The notes under the pieces are model-generated. The model was given only the letters and a program-made list of their open reading frames with translations. It ran no database searches and was not told the origin of the DNA. Made by a program: the position numbers and the translations under genes. Shown in pieces: positions 1-12,000 of a DNA stretch of 64,000 bases (the first letter of the stretch is position 1; every line of letters begins with the position of its first letter). Source of the stretch: Eledone cirrhosa (taxonomy: Eukaryota); contig OZ024742.1 in the NCBI GenBank assembly GCA_964016885.1, positions 52,824,001 to 52,888,000 on the forward strand. Reading direction: 5' to 3'.

Positions 1-3000
1 GGTGTTGGTGTTGGTGTTGGTGTCGGTGTTGGTGTTGGTGTTGGTGTTGGTGTCGGTGTCGATGTTGGTGTTGATGTTGGTGTTGGTGTTGGTGTTGGTG
101 TTGGTGTTGATGTTGGTGTCGGTGTCGATGTTGGTGTTGGTGTTGGTGTTGGTGTCGGTGTTGGTGTTGGTGTTGGTGTTGATGTTGGTGTCGGTGTTGT
201 TGTCGGTGTCGATGTTGGTGTTGGTGTTGGTGTCGGTGTTGGTGTCGGTGTCGATGTTGGTGTTGGTGTTGGTGTTGGTGTTGGTGTCGGTGTTGGTGTT
301 GGTGTTGGTGTTGATGTTGGTGTCGGTGTCGATGTTGGTGTTGATGTTGGTGTTGGTGTTGGTGTTGGTGTTGGTGTTGGTGTTGGTGTCGGTGTCGGTG
401 TTGGTGTTGGTGTTTGTGTTGGTGTTGATGTTGGTGTCGGTGTCGATGTTGGTGTTGGTGTTGGTGTTGGTGTTGGTGTCGGTGTTGGTGTTCGTGTTGG
501 TGTTGGTGTCGGTGTCGATGTCGGTGTTGGTGTTGGTGTTGGTGTTGGTGTCGGTGTTGGTGTTGGTGTCGGTGCTGGTGTTCGTGTTGGTGTTGGTGTC
601 GGTGTCGATGTTGGTGTTGGTGTTGGTGTTGGTGTTGGTGTCGGTGTTGGTGTTGGTGTTGGTGTTTGTGTTGGTGTTGATGTTGGTGTTGGTGTTGGTG
701 TTGGTGTTGGTGTCGGTGTCGATGTTGGTGTCGGTGTTGGTGTTGTTGTTGATGTTGGTGTTGGTGTTGGTGTTGATGTTGGTGTTGGTGTTGGTGTTGG
801 TGTTGTTGTTGATGTTGGTGTTGGTGTTGTTGTTGATGTTGGTGTTGGTGTTGGTGTTGATGTTGGTGTTGGTGTTGGTGTTGGTGTTGGTGTTGGTGTT
901 GGTGTTGTTGTCGGTGTTGGTGTTGGTGTTATTGTTGATGTTGGTGTTGGTGTTGATGTTGGTGTTGGTGTTGGTGTTGGTGTTGATGTTGGTGTTGGTG
1001 ATGGTGTTGGTGTTGGTGTTGGTGTTGATGTTGGTGTTGGTGTTGGTGTTGTTGTTGATGTTGGTGTTGGTGTTGGTGTTGATGTTGGTGTTGGTGTTGG
1101 TGTTGTTGTTGATGTTGGTGTTGGTGTTGTTGTTGATGTTGGTGTTGGTGTTGGTGTTGATGTTGGTGTTGGTGTTGGTGTTGGTGTTGGTGTTGGTGTT
1201 GGTGTTGTTGTCGGTGTTGGTGTTGGTGTTATTGTTGATGTTGGTGTTGGTGTTGATGTTGGTGTTGGTGTTGGTGTTGTTGTTGGTGTTGGTGTTGGTG
1301 TTGATGTTGGTGTTGGTGTTGGTGTCGGTGTTGGTGTTGATGTTGGTGTTGGTGTTGGTGTTGATGTTGGTGTTGGTGTTGGTGTTGGTGTTGGTGTTGG
1401 TGTTGATGTTGGTGTTGGTGTTGGTGTTGGTGTTGGTGTTGGTGTTGATGTTGGTGTTGGTGTTGGTGTTGATGTTGGTGTTGGTGTTGGTGTTGGTGTT
1501 GGTGTTGGTGTTGATGTTGGTGTTGGTGTTGGTGTTGGTGTTGGTGTTGGTGTCGGTGTCGGTGTTGGTGTTGGTGTTGGTGTTGGTGTTGTTGTTGATG
1601 TTGTTGTTGGTGTTGGTGTTGGTGTCGGTGTCGGTGTCGGTGTTGGTGTTGTTGTTGATGTTGGTGTTGGTGTTGGTGTTGTTGTTGATGTTGGTGTTGG
1701 TGTTGTTGTTGGTGTTGGTGTTGGTGTTGGTGTTGGTGCTGGTGCTGGTGTTGGTGTTGGTGTTGATGTTGGTGTTGGTGTTGGTGTTGGTGTTGGTGTT
1801 GATGTCGGTGTTGGTGTTGATGTCGGTGTTGGTGTTGAAGTTGAAGTTGGTGTTGGTGGTGGTGTTGGTGTTGATGTTGGTGTTGATGTTGGTGTTGGTG
1901 ATGAAGTTGAAGTTGGTGTTGGTGGTAGTGTTGGTGGTGGTGTTGGTGTTGGTGTTGGTGTTGGTGTTGGTGTTGAAGTTGGTGTTGATGTTGGTGTTGG
2001 TGTTGGTGTTGGTGTTGTTGGTGTTGGTGTTGATGTTGGTGTTGGTGGTGGTGTTGGTGTTGGTGTTGGTGTTGATGTTGGTGTTGGTGGTGGTGTTGGT
2101 GTTGGTGTTGGTGGTGGTGTTGGTGTTGGTGTCGGTGTTGAAGTTGGTGTTGGTGTTGATGTTGGTGTTGGTGTTGGTGTTGGTGTTGGTGTTGGTGTTG
2201 ATGTTGGTGTTGGAGTTGGTGTTGAAGTTGGTGTTGGTGTTGGTGTTGTTGGTGTTGGTGTTGGTGTTGGTGTTGGTGTTGATGTTGGTGTTGAAGTTGG
2301 TGTTGGTGTTGGTGTTGGTGTTGGTGTTGTTGGTGTTGGTGTTGGTGTTGGTGTTGGTGTTGGTGTTGGTGTTGATGTTGGTGTTGGTGTTGGTGTTGGT
2401 GTTGGAGTTGGTGTTGAAGTTGGTGTTGATGTTGGTGTTGGAGTTGGTGTTGAAGTTGGTGTTGGTGTTGGTGTTGTTGGTGTTGGTGTTGGTGTTGGTG
2501 TTGGTGTTGATGTTGGTGTTGAAGTTGGTGTTGGTGTTGGTGTTGGTGTTGGTGTTGGTGTTGGAGTTGGTGTTGAAGTTGGTGTTGGTGTTGGTGTTGT
2601 TGGTGTTGGTGTTGGTGTTGGTGTTGGTGTTGATGTTGGTGTTGAAGTTGGTGTTGGTGTTGGTGTTGGTGTTGGTGTTGATGTCGGTGTTGTTGTTGAT
2701 GTTGATGTTGGTGTTGGTGTTGGTGTTGGTGTTGGTGTTGTTGTTGGTGTTGGTATTGGTGTCGGTGTTGGTGTTGATGTCGGTGTTGTTGTTGGTGTTG
2801 GTGTTGGTGTTGGTGTTGGTGTTGGTGTTGGTGTCGGTGTTGGTGTTGATGTCGGTGTTGGTGCTGGTGTTGGTGTTGGTGTTGAAGTTGGTGTTGGTGT
2901 TGGTGTTGCTGTTGGTGTTGGTGTTGGTGTTGGTGTTGGTGTTGGTGCTGGTGTTGGTGTTGGTGTTGAAGTTGGTGTTGATGTTGGTGTTGAAGTTGGT

Positions 3001-6000
3001 GTTGATGTTGGTGTTGGTGTTGGTGTTGGTGTTGTTGTTGGTGTTGGTGTTGGTGTCGGTGTTGGTGTTGTTGTTGGTGTTGGTGTTGGTGTTGGTGTTG
3101 GTGTCGGTGTTGGTGTTGTTGTTGGTGTTGGTGTTGAAGTTGGTGTTGGTGTTGGTGTTGGTGTTGGTGTTGTTGTTGGTGTTGGTGTTGAAGTTGGTGT
3201 TGGTGTTGGTGTTGGTGTTGGTGTTGGTGTTGGTGTTGGTGTTGAAGATGGTGTTGGTGTTGGTGTTGGTGTTGGTGTAGGTGTTGTTGTTGGTGTTGAA
3301 GTTGGTGTTGGTGTTGGTGTTGGTGTTGTTGTTGGTGTTGAAGTTGGTGTTGGTGTTGGTGTTGGTGTTGGTGTCGGTGTTGGTGTTGAAGTTGGTGTTG
3401 GTGTAGGTGTTGTTGTTGGTGTTGAAGTTGGTGTTGGTGTTGGTGTTGGTGTTGGTGTCGGTGTTGGTGTTGATGTCGGTGTTGGTGTTGGTGTTGGTGT
3501 TGGTGTTGATGTCGGTGTTGGTGTTGGTGTTGATGTTGGTGTAGGTGTTGTTGTTGGTGTTGAAGTTGGTGTTGGTGTTGGTGTAGGTGTTGTTGTTGGT
3601 GTTGAAGTTGGTGTTGGTGTTGGTGTTGGTGTTGGTGTCAGTGTTGGTGTTGGTGTTGGTGTCGGTGTTGGTGTTGGTGTTGGTGTTGGTGTTGATGTCG
3701 GTGTTGGTGTTGTTGTTGATGTTGGTGTTGGTGTTGGTGTTGGTGTTGTTGTTGGTGTTGGTGTTGGTGTTGTTGTTGATGTTGGTGTTGGTGTGGGTGT
3801 TGGTGTTGGTGTTGGCGTTGGTGTTGGTGTTGGTGTTGGTGTTGGTGTCGGTGTAGATGTTGGTGTTGGTGTTGGTGTTGGTGTTGGTGTTGGTGTTGGT
3901 GTTGAAGTTGGTGTTGGTGTTGGTGTCGGTGTTGGTGTTGATGTTGGTGTTGGTGTTAGTGTTGGTGTTGGTGTTGGTGTTGGTGTTGGTGTTGTTGTTG
4001 ATGTTGGTGTTGATGTTGGTGTTGGTGTTGGTGTTGGTGTTGGTGTTGTTGTTGATGTTGGTGTTGGTGTTGTTGTTGATGTTGGTGTTGGTGTTGGTGT
4101 TGATGTTGGTGTTGGTGTTGGTGTTGATGTTGGTGTTGGTGTTGGTGTTGGTGTTGGTGTTGGTGTTGGTGTTGGTGTTGGTGTTGGTGTTGTTGTTGAT
4201 GTTGGTGTTGGTGTTGGTGTTGATGTTGGTGTTGGTGTTGGTGTTGGTGTTGGTGTTGAAGTTGGTGTTGGTGTTGGTGTTGGTGTTGATGTTGGTGTTG
4301 GTGTTGGTGTTGTTGTTGATGTTGGTGTTGGTGTTGGTGTTGGTGTTGAAGTTGGTGTTGGTGTTGGTGTCGGTGTTGGTGTTGATGTTGGTGTCGGTGT
4401 TGGTGTTGGTGTTGGTGTTGGTGTTGGTGTTGGTGTTGGTGTTGTTGTTGATGTTGGTGTTGGTGTTGGTGTTGATGTTGGTGTTGGTGTTGGTGTTGGT
4501 GTTGTTGTTGATGTTGGTGTTGGTGTTGTTGTTGATGTTGGTGTTGGTGTTGGTGTTGATGTTGGTGTTGGTGTTGGTGTTGATGTTGGTGTTGGTGTTG
4601 GTGTTGTTGTTGATGTTGGTGTTGGTGTTGATGTTGGTGTTGGTGTTGGTGTTGGTGTTGGTGTTGTTGTTGATGTTGGTGTTGGTGTTGTTGTTGATGT
4701 TGGTGTTGGTGTTGATGTTGGTGTTGGTGTTGGTGTTGGTGTTGGTGTTGGTGTTGTTGTCGGTGTTGGTGTTGGTGTTATTGTTGATGTTGGTGTTGGT
4801 GTTGATGTTGGTGTTGGTGTTGATGTTGGTGTTGGTGTTGGTGTTGATGTTGGTGTTGGTGTTGGTGTTGGTGTTGGTGTTGTTGTTGATGTTGGTGTTG
4901 TTGTTGGTGTTGGTGTTGGTGTTGGTGTTGATGTTGGTGTTGGTGATGGTGTTGGTGTTGGTGTTGGTGTTGATGTTGGTGTTGGTGTTGGTGTTGTTGT
5001 TGATGTTGGTGTTGGTGTTGGTGTTGATGTTGGTGTTGGTGTTGGTGTTGGTGTTGTTGTTGATGTTGGTGTTGGTGTTGTTGTTGATGTTGGTGTTGGT
5101 GTTGGTGTTGATGTTGGTGTTGGTGTTGGTGTTGGTGTTGGTGTTGGTGTTGGTGTTGTTGTCGGTGTTGGTGTTGGTGTTATTGTTGATGTTGGTGTTG
5201 GTGTTGATGTTGGTCTTGTTGTTGGTGTTGGTGTTGGTGTTGGTGTTGGTGTTGTTGTTGGTGTTGGTGTTGGTGTTGGTGTTGGTGTTGGTGTTGGTGT
5301 CGGTGTCGGTGTTGATGTTGGTGTTGGTGTTGGTGTTGGTGTTGGTGTTGGTGTTGATGTTGGTGTTGGTGTTGGTGTTGGTGTTGGTGTTGGTGTCGGT
5401 GTCGGTGTTGGTGTTGGTGTTGGTGTTGGTGTTGTTGTTGATGTTGTTGTTGGTGTTGGTGTTGGTGTCGGTGTCGGTGTCGGTGTTGGTGTTGTTGTTG
5501 ATGTTGGTGTTGGTGTTGGTGTTGTTGTTGATGTTGGTGTTGGTGTTGTTGTTGGTGTTGGTGTTGGTGTTGGTGTTGGTGCTGGTGCTGGTGTTGGTGT
5601 TGGTGTTGATGTTGGTGTTGGTGTTGGTGTTGGTGTTGGTGTTGATGTCGGTGTTGGTGTTGGTGTTGAAGTTGGTATTGGTGTTGAAGTTGGTGTTGAT
5701 GTTGGTGTTGGTGTTGGTGTTGGTGTTGAAGTTGGTGTTGATGTTGGTGTTGAAGTTGGTGTTGATGTTGGTGTTGGTGTTGGTGTTGAAGTTGGTGTTG
5801 ATGTTGGTGTTGGTGTTGAAGTTGGTGTTGATGTTGGTGTTGAAGTTGGTGTTGATGTTGGTGTTGGTGTTGGTGTTGGTGTTGAAGTTGGTGTTGATGT
5901 TGGTGTTGGTGTTGGTGTTGAAGTTGGTGTTGATGTTGGTGTTGGTGTTGGTGTTGAAGTTGGTGTTGATGTTGGTGTTGGTGTTGGTGTTGAAGTTGGT

Positions 6001-9000
6001 GTTGATGTTGGTGTTGGTGTTGGTGTTGAAGTTGGTGTTGATGTTGGTGTTGGTGTTGAAGTTGGTGTTGATGTTGGTGTTGAAGTTGGTGTTGATGTTG
6101 GTGTTGGTGTTGGTGTTGAAGTTGGTGTTGATGTTGGTGTTGGTGTTGAAGTTGGTGTTGATGTTGGTGTTGAAGTTGGTGTTGATGTTGGTGTTGGTGT
6201 TGGTGTTGAAGTTGGTGTTAATGTTGGTGTTGGTGTTGAAGTTGGTGTTGATGTTGGTGTTGAAGTTGGTGTTGATGTTGGTGTTGGTGTTGGTGTTGAA
6301 GTTGGTGTTGATGTTGGTGTTGGTGTTGAAGTTGGTGTTGATGTTGGTGTTGGTGTTGAAGTTGAAGTTGGTGTTGGTGTTGGTGTTGGTGTTGATGTTG
6401 GTGTTGATGTTGGTGTTGGTGATGAAGTTGAAGTTGGTGTTGGTGGTGGTGTTGGTGGTGGTGTTGGTGTTGGTGTTGGTGTTGGTGTTGGTGTTGAAGT
6501 TGGTGTTGATGTTGGTGTTGGTGTTGGTGTTGGTGTTGTTGGTGTTGGTGTTGATGTTGGTGTTGGTGGTGGTGTTGGTGTTGGTGTTGGTGTTGATGTT
6601 GGTGTTGGTGGTGGTGTTGGTGTTGGTGTTGGTGGTGGTGTTGGTGTTGGTGTCGGTGTTGAAGTTGGTGTTGGTGTTGATGTTGGTGTTGGTGTTGGTG
6701 TTGGTGTTGGTGTTGGTGGTGGTGTTGGTGTTGGTGTCGGTGTTGAAGTTGGTGTTGGTGTTGATGTCGGTGTTGTTGTTGGTGTTGGTGTTGGTGTTGG
6801 TGTTGGTGTTGGTGTTGGTGTTGGTGTTGGTGTTGGTGTTGTTGTTGATGTTGGTGTTGGTGTTGGTGTTGGTGTTGGTGTTGTTGTTGATGTTGGTGTT
6901 GGTGTTGGTGTTGGTGTCGGTGTTGGTGTTGATGTCGGTGTTGTTGTTGGTGTTGGTGTTGGTGTTGGTGTTGGTGTCGGTGTTGGTGTTGATGTCGGTG
7001 TTGTTGTTGGTGTTGGTGTTGGTGTTGGTGTTGGTGCTGGTGTTGGAGTTGGTGTTGAAGTTGGTGTTGGTGTTGGTGTTGTTGGTGTTGGTGTTGGTGT
7101 TGGTGTTGGTGTCGGTGTTGGTGTTGATGTCGGTGTTGTTGTTGGTGTTGGTGTTGGTGTTGGTGTTGGTGTCGGTGTTGGTGTTGATGTCGGTGTTGTT
7201 GTTGGTGTTGGTGTTGGTGTTGGTGTTGGTGCTGGTGTTGGAGTTGGTGTTGAAGTTGGTGTTGGTGTTGGTGTTGTTGGTGTTGGTGTTGGTGTTGGTG
7301 TTGGTGTTGATGTTGGTGTTGAAGTTGGTGTTGGTGTTGGTGTTGGTGTTGGTGTTGATGTCGGTGTTGTTGTTGATGTTGATGTTGGTGTTGGTGTTGG
7401 TGTTGGTGTTGGTGTTGTTGTTGGTGTTGGTGTTGGTGTCGGTGTTGGTGTTGATGTCGGTGTTGTTGTTGGTGTTGGTGTTGGTGTTGGTGTTGGTGTT
7501 GGTGTTGGTGTCGGTGTTGGTGTTGATGTCGGTGTTGGTGCTGGTGTTGGTGTTGGTGTTGAAGTTGGTGTTGGTGTTGGTGTTGCTGTTGGTGTTGGTG
7601 TTGGTGTTGGTGTTGGTGTTGGTGCTGGTGTTGGTGTTGGTGTTGAAGTTGGTGTTGATGTTGGTGTTGAAGTTGGTGTTGATGTTGGTGTTGGTGTTGG
7701 TGTCGGTGTTGGTGTTGTTGTTGGTGTTGGTGTTGGTGTCGGTGTTGGTGTTGTTGTTGGTGTTGGTGTTGGTGTTGGTGTTGGTGTCGGTGTTGGTGTT
7801 GTTGTTGGTGTTGGTGTTGAAGTTGGTGTTGGTGTTGGTGTTGGTGTTGGTGTTGTTGTTGGTGTTGGTGTTGAAGTTGGTGTTGGTGTTGGTGTTGGTG
7901 TTGGTGTTGGTGTTGGTGTTGGTGTTGAAGATGGTGTTGGTGTTGGTGTTGGTGTTGGTGTAGGTGTTGTTGTTGGTGTTGAAGTTGGTGTTGGTGTTGG
8001 TGTTGGTGTTGTTGTTGGTGTTGAAGTTGGTGTTGGTGTTGGTGTTGGTGTTGGTGTCGGTGTTGGTGTTGAAGTTGGTGTTGGTGTTGGTGTAGGTGTT
8101 GTTGTTGGTGTTGAAGTTGGTGTTGGTGTTGGTGTTGGTGTTGGTGTTGGTGTCGGTGTTGGTGTTGATGTCGGTGTTGGTGTTGGTGTTGGTGTTGGTG
8201 TTGATGTCGGTGTTGGTGTTGGTGTTGATGTTGGTGTAGGTGTTGTTGTTGGTGTTGAAGTTGGTGTTGGTGTTGGTGTAGTTGTTGTTGTTGGTGTTGA
8301 AGTTGGTGTTGGTGTTGGTGTTGGTGTTGGTGTCGGTGTTGGTGTTGGTGTTGGTGTCGGTGTTGGTGTTGGTGTTGGTGTTGGTGTCGGTGTTGGTGTT
8401 GGTGTTGGTGTCGGTGTTGGTGTTGGTGTTGGTGTTGGTGTCGGTGTCGGTGTTGGTGTCGGTGTTGATGTTGGTGTTGGTGTTGGTGTTGGTGTTGGTG
8501 TCGGTGTCGGTGTTGGTGTTGGTGTTGGTGTCGGTGTCGGTGTCGATGTTGGTGTTGGTGTCGGTGTTGGTGTTGGTGTTGGTGTCGGTGTTGGTGTTGG
8601 TGTTGGTGTTGGTATTGGTGTTGGTGTTGGTGTTGGTGTTGGTGTTGGTGTCGGTGTCGATGTTGGTGTCGGTGTTGGTGTTGATGCTGGTGTTGGTGTT
8701 TGTGTTGGTGTTGATGTTGGTGTTGGTGTTGGTGTTGGTGTTGGTGTTGGTGTTGAAGTTGGTGTCGGTGTCGATGTTGGTGTTGGTGTTGGTGTTGGTG
8801 TTGGTGTCGGTGTTGGTGTTGGTGTTGGTGTTGATGTTGGTGTCGGTGTTGGTGTCGGTGTCGATGTTGGTGTTGGTGTTGGTGTTGGTGTCGGTGTTGG
8901 TGTTGGTGTTGGTGTTGGTGTCGATGTTGGTGTTGGTGTTGGTGTTGGTGTTGGTGTTGGTGTTGATGTTGGTGTTGGTGTTGGTGTTGGTGTTGGTGTT

Positions 9001-12000
9001 GGTGTTGGTGTCGATGTTGATGTTGTTGTCGGTGTTGGTGTCGATGTTGGTGTTGGTGTTGGTGTTGGTGTTGGTGTTGGTGTTGGTGTCGGTGTCGATG
9101 TTGGTGTTGGTGTTGGTGTTGGTGTCGGTGTTGGTGTCGGTGTCGATGTTGGTGTTGGTGTTGGTGTTGGTGTCGGTGTTGGTGTCGGTGTCGATGTTGG
9201 TGTTGGTGTTGGTGTTGGTGTTGGTGTTGGTGTTGGTGTTGATGTTGGTGTCGGTGTTGGTGTTGGTGTTGGTGTTGATGTTGGTGTCGGTGTTGGTGTC
9301 GGTGTCGATGTTGGTGTTGGTGTTGGTGTTGGTGTCGGTGTTGGTGTCGGTGTCGATGTTGGTGTTGGTGTTGGTGTTGGTGTTGGTGTCGGTGTTGGTG
9401 TTGGTGTTGGTGTTGATGTTGGTGTCGGTGTCGATGTTGGTGTTGATGTTGGTGTTGGTGTTGGTGTTGGTGTTGGTGTTGATGTTGGTGTCGGTGTCGA
9501 TGTTGGTGTTGGTGTTGGTGTTGGTGTCGGTGTTGGTGTTGGTGTTGGTGTTGATGTTGGTGTCGGTGTTGGTGTCGGTGTCGATGTTGGTGTTGGTGTT
9601 GGTGTTGGTGTCGGTGTTGGTGTCGGTGTCGATGTTGGTGTTGGTGTTGGTGTTGGTGTTGGTGTCGGTGTTGGTGTTGGTGTTGGTGTTGATGTTGGTG
9701 TCGGTGTCGATGTTGGTGTTGATGTTGGTGTTGGTGTTGGTGTTGGTGTTGGTGTTGGTGTTGGTGTCGGTGTCGGTGTTGGTGTTGGTGTTTGTGTTGG
9801 TGTTGATGTTGGTGTCGGTGTCGATGTTGGTGTTGGTGTTGGTGTTGGTGTTGGTGTCGGTGTTGGTGTTCGTGTTGGTGTTGGTGTCGGTGTCGATGTC
9901 GGTGTTGGTGTTGGTGTTGGTGTTGGTGTCGGTGTTGGTGTTGGTGTCGGTGCTGGTGTTCGTGTTGGTGTTGGTGTCGGTGTCGATGTTGGTGTTGGTG
10001 TTGGTGTTGGTGTTGGTGTCGGTGTTGGTGTTGGTGTCGGTGTTTGTGTTGGTGTTGATGTTGGTGTTGGTGTTGGTGTTGGTGTTGGTGTCGGTGTCGA
10101 TGTTGGTGTCGGTGTCGGTGTTGGTGTTGGTGTTGGTGTTGATGTTAGTGTCGGTGTTGGTGTCGGTGTCGATGTTGGTGTTGGTGTTGGTGTTGGTGTT
10201 GGTGTCGGTGTCGGTGTTGGTGTTGGTGTTGGTGTCGGTGTCGATGTTGATGTTGGTGTTGGTGTCGGTGTCGGTGTCGATGTTGGTGTTGGTGTTGGTG
10301 TTGGTGTTGGTGTCGGTGTTGATGTTGGTGTTGGTGTTGGTGTCGGTGTTGGTGTTGGTGTTGGTGTTGGTGTTGATGTTGGTGTTGATGTTGGTGTTGG
10401 TGTTGGTGTTGAAGTTGGTGTTGGTGTTGGTGTTGGTGTTGATGTTGGTGTTGGTGTTGATGTTGGTGTTGGTGTTGATGTTGGTGTTGGTGTTGGTGTT
10501 GGTGTTGATGTTGGTGTTGATGTTGGTGTTGGTGTTGGTGTTGAAGTTGGTGTTGGTGTTGGTGTTGGTGTTGATGTTGGTGTTGGTGTTGATGTTGGTG
10601 TTGGTGTTGATGTTGGTGTTGGTGTTGATGTTGGTGTTGATGTTGGTGTTGGTGTTGGTGTTGATGTTGGTGTTGGTGTTGGTGTTGGTGTTGGTGTTGG
10701 TGTTGATGTTGGTGTTGGTGTTGATGTTGGTGTTGGTGTTGGTGTTGGTGTTGGTGTTGATGTTGGTGTTGGTGTTGATGTTGGTGTTGGTGTTGGTGTT
10801 GATGTTGGTGTTGGTGTTGGTGTTGGTGTTGATGTTGGTGTTGGTGTTGGTGTTGGTGTTGGTGTTGGTGTTGGTGTTGATGTTGGTGTTGGTGTTGATG
10901 TTGGTGTTGGTGTTGGTGTTGATGTTGGTGTTGGTGTTGGTGTTGGTGTTGATGTTGGTGTTGGTGTTGGTGTTGGTGTTGGTGTTGGTGTTGGTGTTCG
11001 TGTTGGTGTTGGTGTTGGTGTTGGTGTTGATGTTGGTGTTGGTGTTGATGTTGGTGTTGGTGTTGGTGTTGTTGTTGGTGTTGATGTTGGTGTTGGTGTT
11101 GGTGTTGGTGTTGATGTTGGTGTTGGTGTTGGTGTTGATGTTGGTGTTGGTGTTGGTGTTGGTGTTGGTGTTGGTGTTGATGTTGGTGTTGGTGTTGATG
11201 TTGGTGTTGGTGTTGGTGTTGATGTTGGTGTTGGTGTTGATGTTGGTGTTGGTGTTGGTGTTGATGTTGGTGTTGGTGTTGGTGTTGGTGTTGATGTTGG
11301 TGTTGGTGTTGGTGTTGGTGTTGGTGTTGGTGTTCGTGTTGGTGTTGGTGTTGGTGTTGGTGTTGATGTTGGTGTTGGTGTTGATGTTGGTGTTGGTGTT
11401 GGTGTTGTTGTTGGTGTTGATGTTGGTGTTGGTGTTGATGTTGGTGTTGGTGTTGGTGTTGGTGTTGATGTTGGTGTTGGTGTTGGTGTTGGTGTTGATG
11501 TTGGTGTTGGTGTTGGTGTTGGTGTTGGTGTTGGTGTTGGTGTTGATGTTGGTGTTGGTGTTGATGTTGGTGTTGGTGTTGGTGTTGATGTTGGTGTTGG
11601 TGTTGGTGTTGATGTTGGTGTTGGTGTTGGTGTTGGTGTTGGTGTTGGTGTTGGTGTTCGTGTTGGTGTTGGTGTTGGTGTTGGTGTTGATGTTGGTGTT
11701 GGTGTTGATGTTGGTGTTGATGTTGGTGTTGATGTTGGTGTTGGTGTTGGTGTTGGTGTCGGTGTTGGTGTTGGTGTTGGTGTTGGTGTTGGTGTTGTTG
11801 TTGATGTTGGTGTTGGTGTTGATGTTGGTGTTGGTGTTGGTGTTGATGTTGGTGTTGGTGTTGGTGTTGATGTTGGTGTTGGTGTTGGTGTTGGTGTTGG
11901 TGTTGGTGTTGAAGTTGGTGTTGGTGTTGGTGTTGATGTTGGTGTTGGTGTTGATGTTGGTGTTGGTGTTGGTGTTGATGTTGGTGTTGGTGTTGGTGTT

